DNA from: a virus
IMG/VR virus record: IMGVR_UViG_3300043446_000421
Location: 4,220 to 68,219 of that record
Direction: 5' to 3' (one strand)
Length of the DNA stretch: 64,000 bases
Below the pieces are notes generated by a model. That model did not search any database. It was not told where the DNA came from and was given only the letters and a program-made list of their open reading frames with translations. Below are positions 44,368 to 54,881 of this stretch, piece by piece; within the stretch, counting starts at the first letter, position 1, and every line of letters starts with the position of its first letter. A program made the position numbers and the translations under genes.

Positions 44368-46335
44368 CTACGGCTGGTTATATTTAGGGTCTTGCAAAGA
44401 CGGTCTGTTACCCGATGCTCTATTAGAGCCACCTGTCGCACGTTGCCCCGCAGGAGTATTGGACATGAATTCCCCCGCCAGTCTATTAGCGTATGCCATT
44501 GCATCTTGCTGCAACATCATGGGATTATTCAAGTAAGCCGGATTGTCCTTGTTGTTTCTAATATAAGAATCTGAAGCTTCAATCAATGTACGTGAACGAC
44601 GTTCATCCAGTCCAGCCTGTTTAATAACAGACGAGTTATACATAGAAGCCGAGTACGCTAGTTTTGCTCTATATACATCGATTTCATGACCACGTTCCGC
44701 AGTAACTGCCTGTTGTTTGATCTGATGCAACGCAGTTGCGGCTTGGATCATATCGCTTTGATGTTTAGACATCGCTTGCTGCTGTGTAGCAAATTGTTGT
44801 TGCGACGCTTGTACCCCGGTCTTATAACCTTCCATACCGTGTTGCGCCTCAGTGCCATAAAGTTGTGTGTTGATTAGCGCGTTTGATTTTGCCAAATCGT
44901 TCCTTGCTTTTGCGACATCTACTTTAGAGTTAAACGCAAGTTGTCTATCTTGTTCGGCTTGCGCAACATCTGCACGGGCACCGGTAAGCTTGGCTTGCTG
45001 ATCAGACATACGCAGGGCTTCAATACGCTCATCGTATTTTTCTTCAGCCGCACGAAGATCCTTAACATCCTGCTTGTAAGCACCGAGCGCCTCCCTACCT
45101 GCCTTACTTGCAACTTGGAATTCTTCCCCTCTACGGGCACCGATTAAGCCAAGACCGAACTGCATCAAGGCTTCGCCACCGGCTTCGCCTCTACGTTTCT
45201 CAAGCTTGCCCTTTTTCTCTTCCACGCCTTTGATCATCTTGCTGTACATCTCTGGATCGACACCTTCTTCAACCTCCGCTGCACGACGCGCCGCACCAAT
45301 CTCTTTACGCTCCCGTGCGGTATAGGTAGGCAAGTCTTCTCCCTTAACCCTGACTTTATTAGGATCAAACGTTGGCAGTGATGGGGGTGCCGGAATTGTC
45401 GGTGGAGTTAAGAACGCACCACTTGTTGGTAACGTAGGGGCTTCCAGAATGACAGATTTTCCAAGATTAGGCGCGGCGGGAGCCGGAGGGGGAGGTGTTG
45501 AATCCCCTCTATTCCTTGAACCTCGTTTATCTTTAGGCGCTGGGGCTGGTGCTGGTGCTGGAGGTGGGGCTGTGGCCACAACCGGGACTTGTGATCTTTC
45601 AGCTTCTTGAAGACGTAAAAAATCTCCAAATGAAATTGGTTTCCCAGTCACTGGGTCAATACGTTGAAAACCCCCTGCGGTCCCACTGCGCCCAGTTATA
45701 TCCCTAGCAGACTGGTTCATTTCTGCGCCGCTAGGTATTAAGTCAACAATCCCGGTGCCTATATTGTAAAGACCTGTCCCTATATTGGAGAAAAACTCAC
45801 CCATGGACCCGGCGGGTTGGATTACTTGTTGGCCTGATGGCGCGGAGTAAATGGGCAAATCTTCAAACCGCATACCATAACGTGGGGTACGTACCACACT
45901 TCCTTCAGCACCTGCATACCCCGGCACATCTCCACCATCACCGAACGCAACGATGCCACCACCCGCGTAGTCTGCGATATCTACAGGAAGGCTTGTTACG
46001 CCACCAGACGCAGCCATGACGGGAGGTTGTTGGACAGGTGCGCCCATCTGAGGTGCAGGTGTCTGCGGTTGTGGTTGCGGCTGTGCTTGCGCCATCTGGG
46101 GTGGAGGCTGCATACCCATCTGTGGGGGTATTTGTGGCGCGGGAGCCAGCCCTAGTGCATCCTGCGCTACGGTAGACGTAGGTGGCTGCATATCTTCTTT
46201 GGCGATGCGGTCGCGCATCATGCCCGCCATCACTGCTTTTTGTGGGTCGATCAGACCCGTCTGCGCCATATTGGCAAGCTGCTTCTTGCTGTACTTAAGG
46301 GCAAGCGCCTTGATTTCTTGGATACCGGGGATCAT
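44368..46335 (-). CDS. Internal virion/ejection protein
   Basis: 655 aa; Pro/Gln-rich with coiled coil; xxGG motifs. Confidence 0.65.
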   Translation of the reverse strand: MIPGIQEIKALALKYSKKQLANMAQTGLIDPQKAVMAGMMRDRIAKEDMQPPTSTVAQDALGLAPAPQIPPQMGMQPPPQMAQAQPQPQPQTPAPQMGAPVQQPPVMAASGGVTSLPVDIADYAGGGIVAFGDGGDVPGYAGAEGSVVRTPRYGMRFEDLPIYSAPSGQQVIQPAGSMGEFFSNIGTGLYNIGTGIVDLIPSGAEMNQSARDITGRSGTAGGFQRIDPVTGKPISFGDFLRLQEAERSQVPVVATAPPPAPAPAPAPKDKRGSRNRGDSTPPPPAPAAPNLGKSVILEAPTLPTSGAFLTPPTIPAPPSLPTFDPNKVRVKGEDLPTYTARERKEIGAARRAAEVEEGVDPEMYSKMIKGVEEKKGKLEKRRGEAGGEALMQFGLGLIGARRGEEFQVASKAGREALGAYKQDVKDLRAAEEKYDERIEALRMSDQQAKLTGARADVAQAEQDRQLAFNSKVDVAKARNDLAKSNALINTQLYGTEAQHGMEGYKTGVQASQQQFATQQQAMSKHQSDMIQAATALHQIKQQAVTAERGHEIDVYRAKLAYSASMYNSSVIKQAGLDERRSRTLIEASDSYIRNNKDNPAYLNNPMMLQQDAMAYANRLAGEFMSNTPAGQRATGGSNRASGNRPSLQDPKYNQP

Positions 46336-47291
46336 GATTCATCCTTGCTCATGTTGTACAAGGCCAGATCGGTCAGGCCACCATCAGCCATATATCCTGC
46401 TTTCTGCGCACCCATATAGGTCGCCCCTAAACCCGCTACTGTCGCTAATGGAGAGGTGGGTTGCTGGTACATGGTTTGCGAATATTGAGAAAGTGGTAGG
46501 CCGCGCAGCATGTCCGACATGAACGCCAACTGCGTATAGGGATGTTGACGCTGGGCGGCAAAATCTGCGTACTGCTGTGCCAGACGCTGTTGTTCCAACG
46601 CTTGCTGTTGCTGACCCATCTGCGCTTGGGTTTGTAACGCCTGTTGTTGTTGGCCAAACTGTGTTTGCCCCAACTGCCCCAAAGTACCCGCCATCTGCCC
46701 TGCGGTTTGCATACCTTGCAGTCCTAATGTAGAGCCAAACTGCTGCGCCTGACGAGCCTGCTCAAACGCGGACTGCATCCCACGGTTATAAATGTCCGCT
46801 TGAGTTTGCCCCAAATTACGCTGGCGCTCTGCTTCCACTATAGCCGAGCGAGACCCACCAAAGGCACCCTGTTGCACCGCTTGGGCTTGGTTTTGCTGAC
46901 CAACCATAGCCGATTGTCGTGCGGCTTCTCGCAACTGAGGAGCCAACGCGTTCTCTACGTAAGGGGACATGTAGGCTTGCATGGCGTACGGATTCGTAGC
47001 CATTTGCTGGTACTGTTGTCCAGCACCCATCGCACCCAACCCGGCAAGCCCAGCCATTTGAGTACCCACACCCAGTTGTTTTGCTGGACCCAAGTTAGCC
47101 GCTGCTTGTTGCGCTTGCTGCTGCATGGGGGTGAACCCAGCAATACGCTCCCCCTGATAGGTTTGATACGGGGCGTTTGTAAGCGCCTCCGTTTTACCCA
47201 GCATCTTCTCAACGTACGGTTTCGCGTACTCAGGTATGGTTGTCTGGGTGACGTTTTGATTGGATGGTTGTGGTTCAGAGGATGAGCACAT
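46332..47291 (-). CDS. Gln-rich internal virion/pilot protein
   Basis: PEYAKPY...YMSPY...GAFGGSR motifs. Confidence 0.7.
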   Translation of the reverse strand: MCSSSEPQPSNQNVTQTTIPEYAKPYVEKMLGKTEALTNAPYQTYQGERIAGFTPMQQQAQQAAANLGPAKQLGVGTQMAGLAGLGAMGAGQQYQQMATNPYAMQAYMSPYVENALAPQLREAARQSAMVGQQNQAQAVQQGAFGGSRSAIVEAERQRNLGQTQADIYNRGMQSAFEQARQAQQFGSTLGLQGMQTAGQMAGTLGQLGQTQFGQQQQALQTQAQMGQQQQALEQQRLAQQYADFAAQRQHPYTQLAFMSDMLRGLPLSQYSQTMYQQPTSPLATVAGLGATYMGAQKAGYMADGGLTDLALYNMSKDES

Positions 47292-47300
47292 AGCAGCACC

Positions 47301-47762
47301 TTAAAATGTATACATCATTTGAATCGCTGCCTCTTTAAAGCCCATTCGCTTCCAAAGCTTGGCAACTCTCAAATCGGTAAGCGCAGCAACAGATACTCGT
47401 TTAACGCCGCGCTCTTTTAATTCTTCCAATATTACTTTTACAAACTTCTTGCCAATACCATTACGGTGCTCAGGTAACACGTAAATCGTATCTTCCTGCG
47501 CAATCAAATCGTTGTTGTGCATATCATTGGTGAGATACACATTGCTGCAACCAACAGCTTTACCCTCGTACCGCAGGATAAACGTTAGCAAATCCCCACG
47601 ATCCCCGGCTTGAAAATACCGATCCCATCGTGGGTTATACGGCGAATACTCAATCCCATCTTTAGCCAGCCGCGCAACCATTTCCTCGTAGTGCTGACGA
47701 TACAACGGCTCAAGCTCGTCAAACGTCTCCTTATGCCTACCTAAATGAAATGTGTAACTCAT
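47301..47762 (-). CDS. GNAT acetyltransferase
   Basis: IYVLPEHRNGIG acetyl-CoA-binding motif; LWKRMGF. Confidence 0.8.
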   Translation of the reverse strand: MSYTFHLGRHKETFDELEPLYRQHYEEMVARLAKDGIEYSPYNPRWDRYFQAGDRGDLLTFILRYEGKAVGCSNVYLTNDMHNNDLIAQEDTIYVLPEHRNGIGKKFVKVILEELKERGVKRVSVAALTDLRVAKLWKRMGFKEAAIQMMYTF

Positions 47763-50119
47763 GTAGGTAATAGTCTTTCGGCTTTGGTATTACGAGCTAC
47801 TTGGTTTTTACCTGTGGTTTTGCGCCGTGCTTTCTGTACACGATCCATCATCGCGTAAAGCTTTCTCGCACCCGCTTCCGTACTGCCATTACCAAGCTCC
47901 GACACAATTCGAGCAGGCACGACAAATTCCCCGTCAGCAAGACGGGCAGGCTGGCGATCACCAATAGAAGCAGGAATAGAATCAGAAACACCATCACCGG
48001 GGCCTCTCAGTAAACGCCCACCATCAGAGTAGTCACCCAAATGCGAAACACCACCACCTGCTGCGTAACCGCCGTAACCACCCAATTGCTGGTTCATGTA
48101 GTCATAAAACCCACCCAGACCAAGTTGCTGCTCGGGTGTTTGGTAGGCCGGAACAGTAGTGGTTGGGGCGAATGGTTGTCCTACAGTCGTTGGCTGTGCA
48201 ATAGGTGTGGCCACCCCACCACTGATGGTGCCATTTGGGGTTGCCGCTTGCCGTGCGTTTTTATCCGCCAGTGCTGCTTGGTATTGCGCTTGAGTTAGTG
48301 CAAAACTTTCTGGCCCGGTAATGATGCCTCTACCAAAACCACCTATACCATTGGACGCTCCGGGGCCACCAGTCTGTGTGAACTGCATAGTGCTGGGGTT
48401 GTAGTCGTAGGTGTATCCGCTGCTTTGCGGCTCCGCAGCGCCGCCGCTGGCAAACCGTGCTTCTCCTGAGTAAGCGCCTACTCCCGCATCCGCAGAAGGA
48501 GCAATCACGTTCGTGGCTTCAGGACGTTGGATCATGGGGTTGGCGTACAGGGATGTCTGAAGGTTAGCCATGGGGTACCCAGTATTCGCACCCACTGCGT
48601 TTTGTGCAGCCATCTCTTCAACAGGGCCACCAACAGCCAACCCCATCAAACCACCTTTAGCCGCGTATTCAGGGCCGGGGGCTTTATAAGATGGAAGCTC
48701 TGTATAGGATGGACGGAAATAAGTGCGCTCCGCACTACCATAATAAGGTTGCGCAGATACATTCCCTCCACCCACACCGTAATCAAATGTGTATGGGCGG
48801 ATCAAACCCCGGCTGGCCTCTGCTCTTGCCCGAGCTTCGTCTTCCATCTGTTGACGCTTTTCGTCGTACATCGAATAGGCAGTGCTACCCAACCCAGCAT
48901 AAGTACCGTATGGAGCAGCGGCTTCTGAGGCTGCGTACAACCCTTTCAAACCCTCCAAACTTCCAAAAGATGCCTTAGCGCCACGACCGAGTTCTGCCAT
49001 ACGATCCGTAAATGGACGGGCATATTCAGATATTGATGCAGGTTCCGTCATCGTTGGATCAACGATAATTTCAGTTCTTCCTGATCTAGCAAGTTCAGAT
49101 ACCGCAGGCGATGTTCTAATCTTGCTGCTGATATCTGAGAAATATGGAGACCCTTCACCAATTGGGGAGGCTGAAATTAATTCCTTTGAGGGTGTGACCG
49201 TTGGATAATTTTGGACAACTGGCCCGCGAGACATTATGGATTTATCAAAAGCCTCATCTGTATATGCATTGTTATAGGGGTTTGGGTACTCACCTATTAA
49301 TTTACCCTGCGGTTGGAATGCTCTGTTCGCTGCATTTACTGCGCCGGGATCGGGCGTGTACAGTGGCTTCCCGGGCATCGTCAATGGATCTACTGGTGTG
49401 ATGTCTACTGGAATATCGGAAAACGGTACTGGCTTGGCTCCCGCGACTGGCAAAGAACCGGGACCTGTGTAACCCATTTTGCCCAACATAGCTTGGTTTG
49501 TCGCGTCTGTGCCCAAGAACTTTGCAGAATCAGCGGGCGCGACTGTGGGTACCGGGGCGTTTTTGACGAATACGGATGACATACTTGGGTCATAGCCGCC
49601 GATTGGGACATTCTTCGCCCCCTGCATCAGCAAATCATCCGTCGAAGTAAGTAGATTTTCCGCACCCACATTAGACAACGGGGCTGTGCCGCCCAAAGTG
49701 CTTGCATTAGCCGCCACCGTTGGGGATAGCCCCGGCACCGCAGGAGCCGCAGCAGGAGTAGCCATAGATTGCAGACCAGCACCCAGCCCCGCTCCACTAT
49801 ACGCGCCGAGACCCGCCATCAAACCCTTAGTCAAACTGCCAGTAGCCGCAGCGCCTACGGCTGCGGTAGTCAAACCTGCTTGCATCGCCGTCATACCCAA
49901 CCCGGCAGGGCCAAGGGCAAAACCAGCAATCATCGGCAATAAGCTTTTCAGAATGCCAGCTTCGGGCAGACCGGTCTCCGGGTTAATTGTGAGGGAGCCG
50001 CCATGCGCCATGGCAAGCGACTGTAACCCCTTGACCTCACCGGGGGTCATATGAACGAGTACTTTATCTTCCCCGCGTCCGGCGCTTTGTAAGTGATTGG
50101 CTAGGCTATGGAGGCTCAT
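47759..50119 (-). CDS. Internal virion/ejection protein
   Basis: GRGEDKVLVH...TINPETGLPE N-terminus; GPGDGVSDSIPA...LADGEFVVPA C-terminus. Confidence 0.7.
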   Translation of the reverse strand: MSLHSLANHLQSAGRGEDKVLVHMTPGEVKGLQSLAMAHGGSLTINPETGLPEAGILKSLLPMIAGFALGPAGLGMTAMQAGLTTAAVGAAATGSLTKGLMAGLGAYSGAGLGAGLQSMATPAAAPAVPGLSPTVAANASTLGGTAPLSNVGAENLLTSTDDLLMQGAKNVPIGGYDPSMSSVFVKNAPVPTVAPADSAKFLGTDATNQAMLGKMGYTGPGSLPVAGAKPVPFSDIPVDITPVDPLTMPGKPLYTPDPGAVNAANRAFQPQGKLIGEYPNPYNNAYTDEAFDKSIMSRGPVVQNYPTVTPSKELISASPIGEGSPYFSDISSKIRTSPAVSELARSGRTEIIVDPTMTEPASISEYARPFTDRMAELGRGAKASFGSLEGLKGLYAASEAAAPYGTYAGLGSTAYSMYDEKRQQMEDEARARAEASRGLIRPYTFDYGVGGGNVSAQPYYGSAERTYFRPSYTELPSYKAPGPEYAAKGGLMGLAVGGPVEEMAAQNAVGANTGYPMANLQTSLYANPMIQRPEATNVIAPSADAGVGAYSGEARFASGGAAEPQSSGYTYDYNPSTMQFTQTGGPGASNGIGGFGRGIITGPESFALTQAQYQAALADKNARQAATPNGTISGGVATPIAQPTTVGQPFAPTTTVPAYQTPEQQLGLGGFYDYMNQQLGGYGGYAAGGGVSHLGDYSDGGRLLRGPGDGVSDSIPASIGDRQPARLADGEFVVPARIVSELGNGSTEAGARKLYAMMDRVQKARRKTTGKNQVARNTKAERLLPT

Positions 50120-50153
50120 CGTTACCTCATTCTGAAAAATTTGTCAAAGTTTA

Positions 50154-50828
50154 TCATGTGGTTACACCGCTAACAAACACAATCGACCCTATGGCCGACG
50201 GGATAGAAGGCATGGCAAACGGGCTGGTCTGCGCAGCGTATGCTTCCATGTAAACGCCGTTAGTCAGCGGGGAAACGACATAAGCTTGAGAGGTCGCCCA
50301 ATACAGCGCCATTGACTGCCCCGCCGTCATTTCAAACGTCACGCTAGAGTACGCCACCAGATAACCATCGCTCCCTACGCTCTTACGGGCAGGTACAGCA
50401 AACTTACTGCCAGAACCAACCACGTTTACCCCGCCCACTTGCAGCCAAACGTAAACATACTGCAAGGCGTTATCATTGTTAGCAAACTGTAAACTGTAGT
50501 CGATTTTGTAAATACCTGTGTGGGTGGCAGTGGCGGTGCTGTCAAGATTTAGCGTGAAGTCCAGTCCTGAATCCAGCGTGTTCCACAATACTTTGGTTGC
50601 TGTGTTAGTTACCGCGTACTGGTTGGTCGTATCCTGCGCCGCAATATGTGGGAAGCTTAAATACCTACCGCCACCGTTGGATAGCAACTGTCCTGTGACG
50701 TTGTCAATCGAGTTGAAGTACTGTCGCAGAATGTTGTTGCTTGTATCCTGATAGGCACGGTCGTACTGAACCGGCGCATAAGGCAGCGCTGGGGCTTTAG
50801 TAAAATCAAGCTTTTCCTTGCCCGCCAT
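50154..50828 (-). CDS. Tail-associated structural protein
   Basis: APALPYAPVQYD...LRQYFN; C1q-like beta C-terminus. Confidence 0.6.
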   Translation of the reverse strand: MAGKEKLDFTKAPALPYAPVQYDRAYQDTSNNILRQYFNSIDNVTGQLLSNGGGRYLSFPHIAAQDTTNQYAVTNTATKVLWNTLDSGLDFTLNLDSTATATHTGIYKIDYSLQFANNDNALQYVYVWLQVGGVNVVGSGSKFAVPARKSVGSDGYLVAYSSVTFEMTAGQSMALYWATSQAYVVSPLTNGVYMEAYAAQTSPFAMPSIPSAIGSIVFVSGVTT

Positions 50829-52708
50829 TAGTTCCGTCCGTCAGGCCGCACATCAAGTCGGGGCACACCCAACTGCCACTGTGTACCAACACTGTTTGAC
50901 TCCACCTTGAACGCCATCTGCCTGCCACGCACCCGGCTATACACAATTTCAGTGAACTGCTGCACGTTGTAGGTAGTTTGCCCTGCGTAGCCCTGTGCCG
51001 AAGTCACGGTGGGGGAATCTGCCACCCCATAGCCTGAGCCGGGGTTTTGCCGTGGCCGAACGGTGAAGTTTACAAACGGCTTGTCCGATGTCTGTCCTGT
51101 AGTATCCGAGCCGTCAAACGTAATATCCGGGATGATCCGCCAGACAAAGCCGTAATTGTGGCCGTCACCAATATCAAAGTCGGATGACTGGATGTACGCG
51201 TCAATAGCGCTGGGTGGGTTGGTTGAGCCGTCGTCCACCGCCGCTTCATGGAACACAATAATGTTGCCTGTCGTTGCAGCCTGTGGGTAGTCGCGCAGTC
51301 CAGAGTCCAGCCAAGCAGTGCGCCCCATCGTGCCGTAGTACCAGACCCGATCCAGATAATTGAAGATGACGTAGCGGTCAATCACGTTGGAGTTTTTGGA
51401 GCAGTAGAACCACCAAACTTCGGAGTAGCCCTCGTTGGTACCGGCAAAAAACTGGAACTGCTGATCCCGGTTGATGTCATTAAAGATGTACTGGCGCACC
51501 GAGCAAGGCAGCGTCTCAACCCGGCCAGAGTAGACATAGAACTTATCCGTACCCATCCAGTACACCACACCCGCAGCGGTTGCCATGGCGTTAGGCGAGA
51601 CGATAGATACGTTATCAGCTAAAAGAGTAAAGCCCCAGACGTATGGGGGGCCAAGATACTGCATGGCGTAAATTGCGGAATCAGTCCAGACATTAATTTC
51701 CTGACGAGTCTGAAGCGCCCCGACAATTTGGGAGCCGTGGGAGAGGCGGTAGCTACCCGCTTGGTTTGTGGCTGACGGAGTCCAGTCGGTATAGCTTTCC
51801 TGCGCTGTCCAGCGAATGAGCATCGGGTCAAGCGAAGTTGTTCCATATGCGCCATAGTCATTACAGCCAAACGCAATCACAATCCGCGTGGAGTCCGAGA
51901 CCATGATTTGGTTAATTGTAGACGGCACATCTGTGCCAGATACTACAGCGCCGCGAGTACTATACGCAGGGGTAGCGCCTGAGCCGGGGTTCCATAAATA
52001 TAGCGCACCACCACGAGGCGAGAACAGCAGACGCTCACCAAAGTTACTCTGGCTCCAAAGACGCAACTGCAAGTCAAAGCCGGTGGTGTAGCCTGAACCC
52101 CATGTACCGCGTGACCAAGGACCAGCGCCCCAGCCAGTGCCTACCGTCTGAATAGCAAAGCCTGTGTTGATCTGATAGGCCAGCGTAATTGCTGCGTTGG
52201 ATACAGAACCTGATGCGGACGTGGCTAGAGTGACGGTGTATGTAGTGCCAGAGGTGACGGTTTGAATCTGGTACTCACCGTTGACGTTTACTCCGCCTAT
52301 AGTATTGGCCCCCGCAATCGTAACAAAGTCGTTAGCTTGTAGACTGTCTGCGTTGGGGTCGGAAACAGTTAATGTGGTCCCGCTGGCAGTAAGCGTAATA
52401 CCCGCGCCGGGGTTGGAGTTAGTCTCGCGCAAAGGCGTAATGTCGTAATAGTCACCGCCGTCCTCCACGTAGAACTTCAGGTTAGTGCCCACGCCCAGCA
52501 GGTTGTACTGTTTTAGTGTCACCCAGTCCCAGAGAGAACGGCACACGCCGAGGAAAGTGGTATATGACAGCGCAGCCCAGCCGCCGATCTTCTCGGGGTA
52601 GCCTGAACGAAAGCGCACCTTGTCGCAGTCATACCAGCCGCCTTCGTTGGAGAGCGTCGTGCCTTCACGATTTACGCCGGGTCTGAATTGTAGTTTCTGT
52701 AATGGCAT
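50828..52708 (-). CDS. Tail tubular B / packaged-DNA stabilization protein
   Basis: MPLQKLQFRPG...VRFRSGYPEKIGGW...RVRGRQM...RLDVRPDGR. Confidence 0.75.
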   Translation of the reverse strand: MPLQKLQFRPGVNREGTTLSNEGGWYDCDKVRFRSGYPEKIGGWAALSYTTFLGVCRSLWDWVTLKQYNLLGVGTNLKFYVEDGGDYYDITPLRETNSNPGAGITLTASGTTLTVSDPNADSLQANDFVTIAGANTIGGVNVNGEYQIQTVTSGTTYTVTLATSASGSVSNAAITLAYQINTGFAIQTVGTGWGAGPWSRGTWGSGYTTGFDLQLRLWSQSNFGERLLFSPRGGALYLWNPGSGATPAYSTRGAVVSGTDVPSTINQIMVSDSTRIVIAFGCNDYGAYGTTSLDPMLIRWTAQESYTDWTPSATNQAGSYRLSHGSQIVGALQTRQEINVWTDSAIYAMQYLGPPYVWGFTLLADNVSIVSPNAMATAAGVVYWMGTDKFYVYSGRVETLPCSVRQYIFNDINRDQQFQFFAGTNEGYSEVWWFYCSKNSNVIDRYVIFNYLDRVWYYGTMGRTAWLDSGLRDYPQAATTGNIIVFHEAAVDDGSTNPPSAIDAYIQSSDFDIGDGHNYGFVWRIIPDITFDGSDTTGQTSDKPFVNFTVRPRQNPGSGYGVADSPTVTSAQGYAGQTTYNVQQFTEIVYSRVRGRQMAFKVESNSVGTQWQLGVPRLDVRPDGRN

Positions 52709-52715
52709 AGCTGAC

Positions 52716-53315
52716 CTATCTAAACGGTGGGCCACCGACCCATAACACCAACGAACGACGAACACCTTTTGTCACAGGCGCTACCCGGTGCAACGTGTAT
52801 GACGGAAAGAACCACGCCCTGCCGCGCTTGACCTCCAGCGTTTTTGCTTCATCGTTGGTGGTCTTGACCTGAAACTCGCCGCCTTCAAACTCATCCGGGG
52901 TGGACAGCAGTATGGCTACGGACAACTTACGCGGCACCCCCACATCCTGAGAACAAGCATCCGAATGCCAACTATAGTGCCCGCCCTCCTCGGCCTTGTA
53001 AATACCAAGTTGCATCGGCTCATGGAACCCAGTCAAATCGTACTTAAAGTAACGTCGATTGACTTCAGCCACCACCCCCGCCAGCTTGTTCCAGATCGCC
53101 CCCATCTCAGGTTTAGCGCCAATCCAACCCACTTTGGTTTCCCTGATCTGCGGATCAACCACCGCGCCGTCTTTACCCCCAACGCAACCTGTCTCTGCTT
53201 GCACCCACTCTGGTTGGGCAAGGATAAAGTTGATCTCGTCCTCAGTCAAAAAGCCGTCCCAAAAGGCAAGCTCCTCCTGACCGTAGTTCATGCGTGGCGG
53301 AATAGGCAGAATCAT
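52716..53315 (-). CDS. 2OG-Fe(II) oxygenase (prolyl-hydroxylase-like)
   Basis: YSWHSD, RKLS, FEGGEF, FPSYTLHRVAPVTKGVRRSLVLW. Confidence 0.9.
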   Translation of the reverse strand: MILPIPPRMNYGQEELAFWDGFLTEDEINFILAQPEWVQAETGCVGGKDGAVVDPQIRETKVGWIGAKPEMGAIWNKLAGVVAEVNRRYFKYDLTGFHEPMQLGIYKAEEGGHYSWHSDACSQDVGVPRKLSVAILLSTPDEFEGGEFQVKTTNDEAKTLEVKRGRAWFFPSYTLHRVAPVTKGVRRSLVLWVGGPPFR

Positions 53316-53797
53316 CGGTACCCCAGCGGTTGTTTTGCCCACGGGTTGACCGCCACCGATAGCCGGGTGCCTGTAAACTTTTCTACCCCATGTACCAACC
53401 CCGGGGAAAACACAATCATCCTGTTCGTTACTGGCTGCACAGACATCGTCTCCGTCACAAAGTTTCCACCCACCACATCCACCTCGGCGTAGTACACCAC
53501 GCTGCATATGGGGCACTCAGTGTTGCCCGACATTTCGTAGAGCTTCTCGTCCTTATCAATATGCCAATCAGGCCGGGTACCATAGTGCGCCCAGTATTCG
53601 CTGCCAATCATGTCCGACAAGTCGAAAAACCGTGATGCTTGCTTCAGAAGTATTGCCATCGGAGACTGATTTCCCCGTAGCTTATCCATCCCGCCCCGCT
53701 CCCACTTCATGGCCCGCGCCTCATCACTCTGAGAGAAGAAGCCCACTACCGCAGCCCGCCGCTCTTCGTCCAGCACATCATCAAGCACGACTAGCAT
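53312..53797 (-). CDS. 2OG-Fe(II) oxygenase
   Basis: WHIDKD...NRMIVF...HGV...RLSVAVN. Confidence 0.8.
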   Translation of the reverse strand: MLVVLDDVLDEERRAAVVGFFSQSDEARAMKWERGGMDKLRGNQSPMAILLKQASRFFDLSDMIGSEYWAHYGTRPDWHIDKDEKLYEMSGNTECPICSVVYYAEVDVVGGNFVTETMSVQPVTNRMIVFSPGLVHGVEKFTGTRLSVAVNPWAKQPLGYR

Positions 53798-54351
53798 TTT
53801 GTGTACACAAGCGCCAAGGTGAACCGGTAGAACGAAGCCAGATGCGACTGCGGCCTGATGGTGTGCGGAATCTTGGCATCAAACGCAATCACCCTCCCCG
53901 GTGTATATGGGCTGGCGTACACAATATCCTTGCACGACTCATCAAAAAACAGCGTCTCTCCGTGCCATCCATCCCGCCACTCCAGATTCACGTAATACAG
54001 AATCACCTTGTCTTCTGGGTGCGAGTGTACGAAGTTGGCATCTGCTGGGGTTGAGAGATTCAATATGCACTTAGTCCGCCTGTGCCCCATCATTTCCTGC
54101 CTTACAACCGTCTCTTCCAGCCGTTTGACTATGCCTAACCGCTCCACATCCGCATCCGAATAAACAGAATGCAAAAACCTGTGCTGCTTATTTTCAACAA
54201 TTGAACTATCCGCCCAGCCAATCTGAAATAACGATTCCTGCGCAAAATTGTAAATCTGACTGCGGTACTCTAAATCCAACACGTTGTCGTAAACAGTAAG
54301 TCGTTTACCGTTATCTGCCTTTACATCGCGAATTATCTGGTTGCGAAGCAT
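53791..54351 (-). CDS. 2OG-Fe(II) oxygenase-like protein
   Basis: HSH...YYVNLEW...GETLF...PGRVIAFDAKIPH...R. Confidence 0.75.
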   Translation of the reverse strand: MLRNQIIRDVKADNGKRLTVYDNVLDLEYRSQIYNFAQESLFQIGWADSSIVENKQHRFLHSVYSDADVERLGIVKRLEETVVRQEMMGHRRTKCILNLSTPADANFVHSHPEDKVILYYVNLEWRDGWHGETLFFDESCKDIVYASPYTPGRVIAFDAKIPHTIRPQSHLASFYRFTLALVYTKC

Positions 54352-54881
54352 GACAGCACCTCAGAATATGGCAGCTTAGTAAAACAGAAAGACAACATAC
54401 TACGCGGCTTGTTCGGTACCAATATCACTGAGTGTGGTACGTCAGTGTTCATCGCCCAGATTTCCCCAGTAGCTGCACAAAATTCTTCCACAAACTCACT
54501 TTTTTTCTCTACTCGATTCCAGTGATAAAACTTTGTGACCTCCCCATGGGTTTCAAGGTATACGTTAATTCCACAAGTTTTATTGTAGTCCCTATGCGCT
54601 GGCAACACGGGGTTACCTGTATCAAATGCCGGAAGTTCTAAAATAATTACATAAGGCCGCTCTAGCGCCAACAACTGCTCTGGCAGTTGATCAATAAAAC
54701 AGTCCGCGTTACTCACGCTTTTATTCTTTGCGCACCATCCTCCCGCTACCTGCGCAACGTAATCTCCGGGTAAGTCTTTCCCATACCGCTGCACCTGCCC
54801 ATAATCCCGCAACGGGGCGATCTCCGACTCTGACAGATAACTCATATCTAGCTGGAAATCCAACTTTGCTGCGTACCTCAT
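54333..54881 (-). CDS. Cupin/2OG-oxygenase-like protein
   Basis: PAHRD...CGIN...MNTDVPHSV...RSMLS. Confidence 0.6.
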   Translation of the reverse strand: MRYAAKLDFQLDMSYLSESEIAPLRDYGQVQRYGKDLPGDYVAQVAGGWCAKNKSVSNADCFIDQLPEQLLALERPYVIILELPAFDTGNPVLPAHRDYNKTCGINVYLETHGEVTKFYHWNRVEKKSEFVEEFCAATGEIWAMNTDVPHSVILVPNKPRSMLSFCFTKLPYSEVLSCFATR

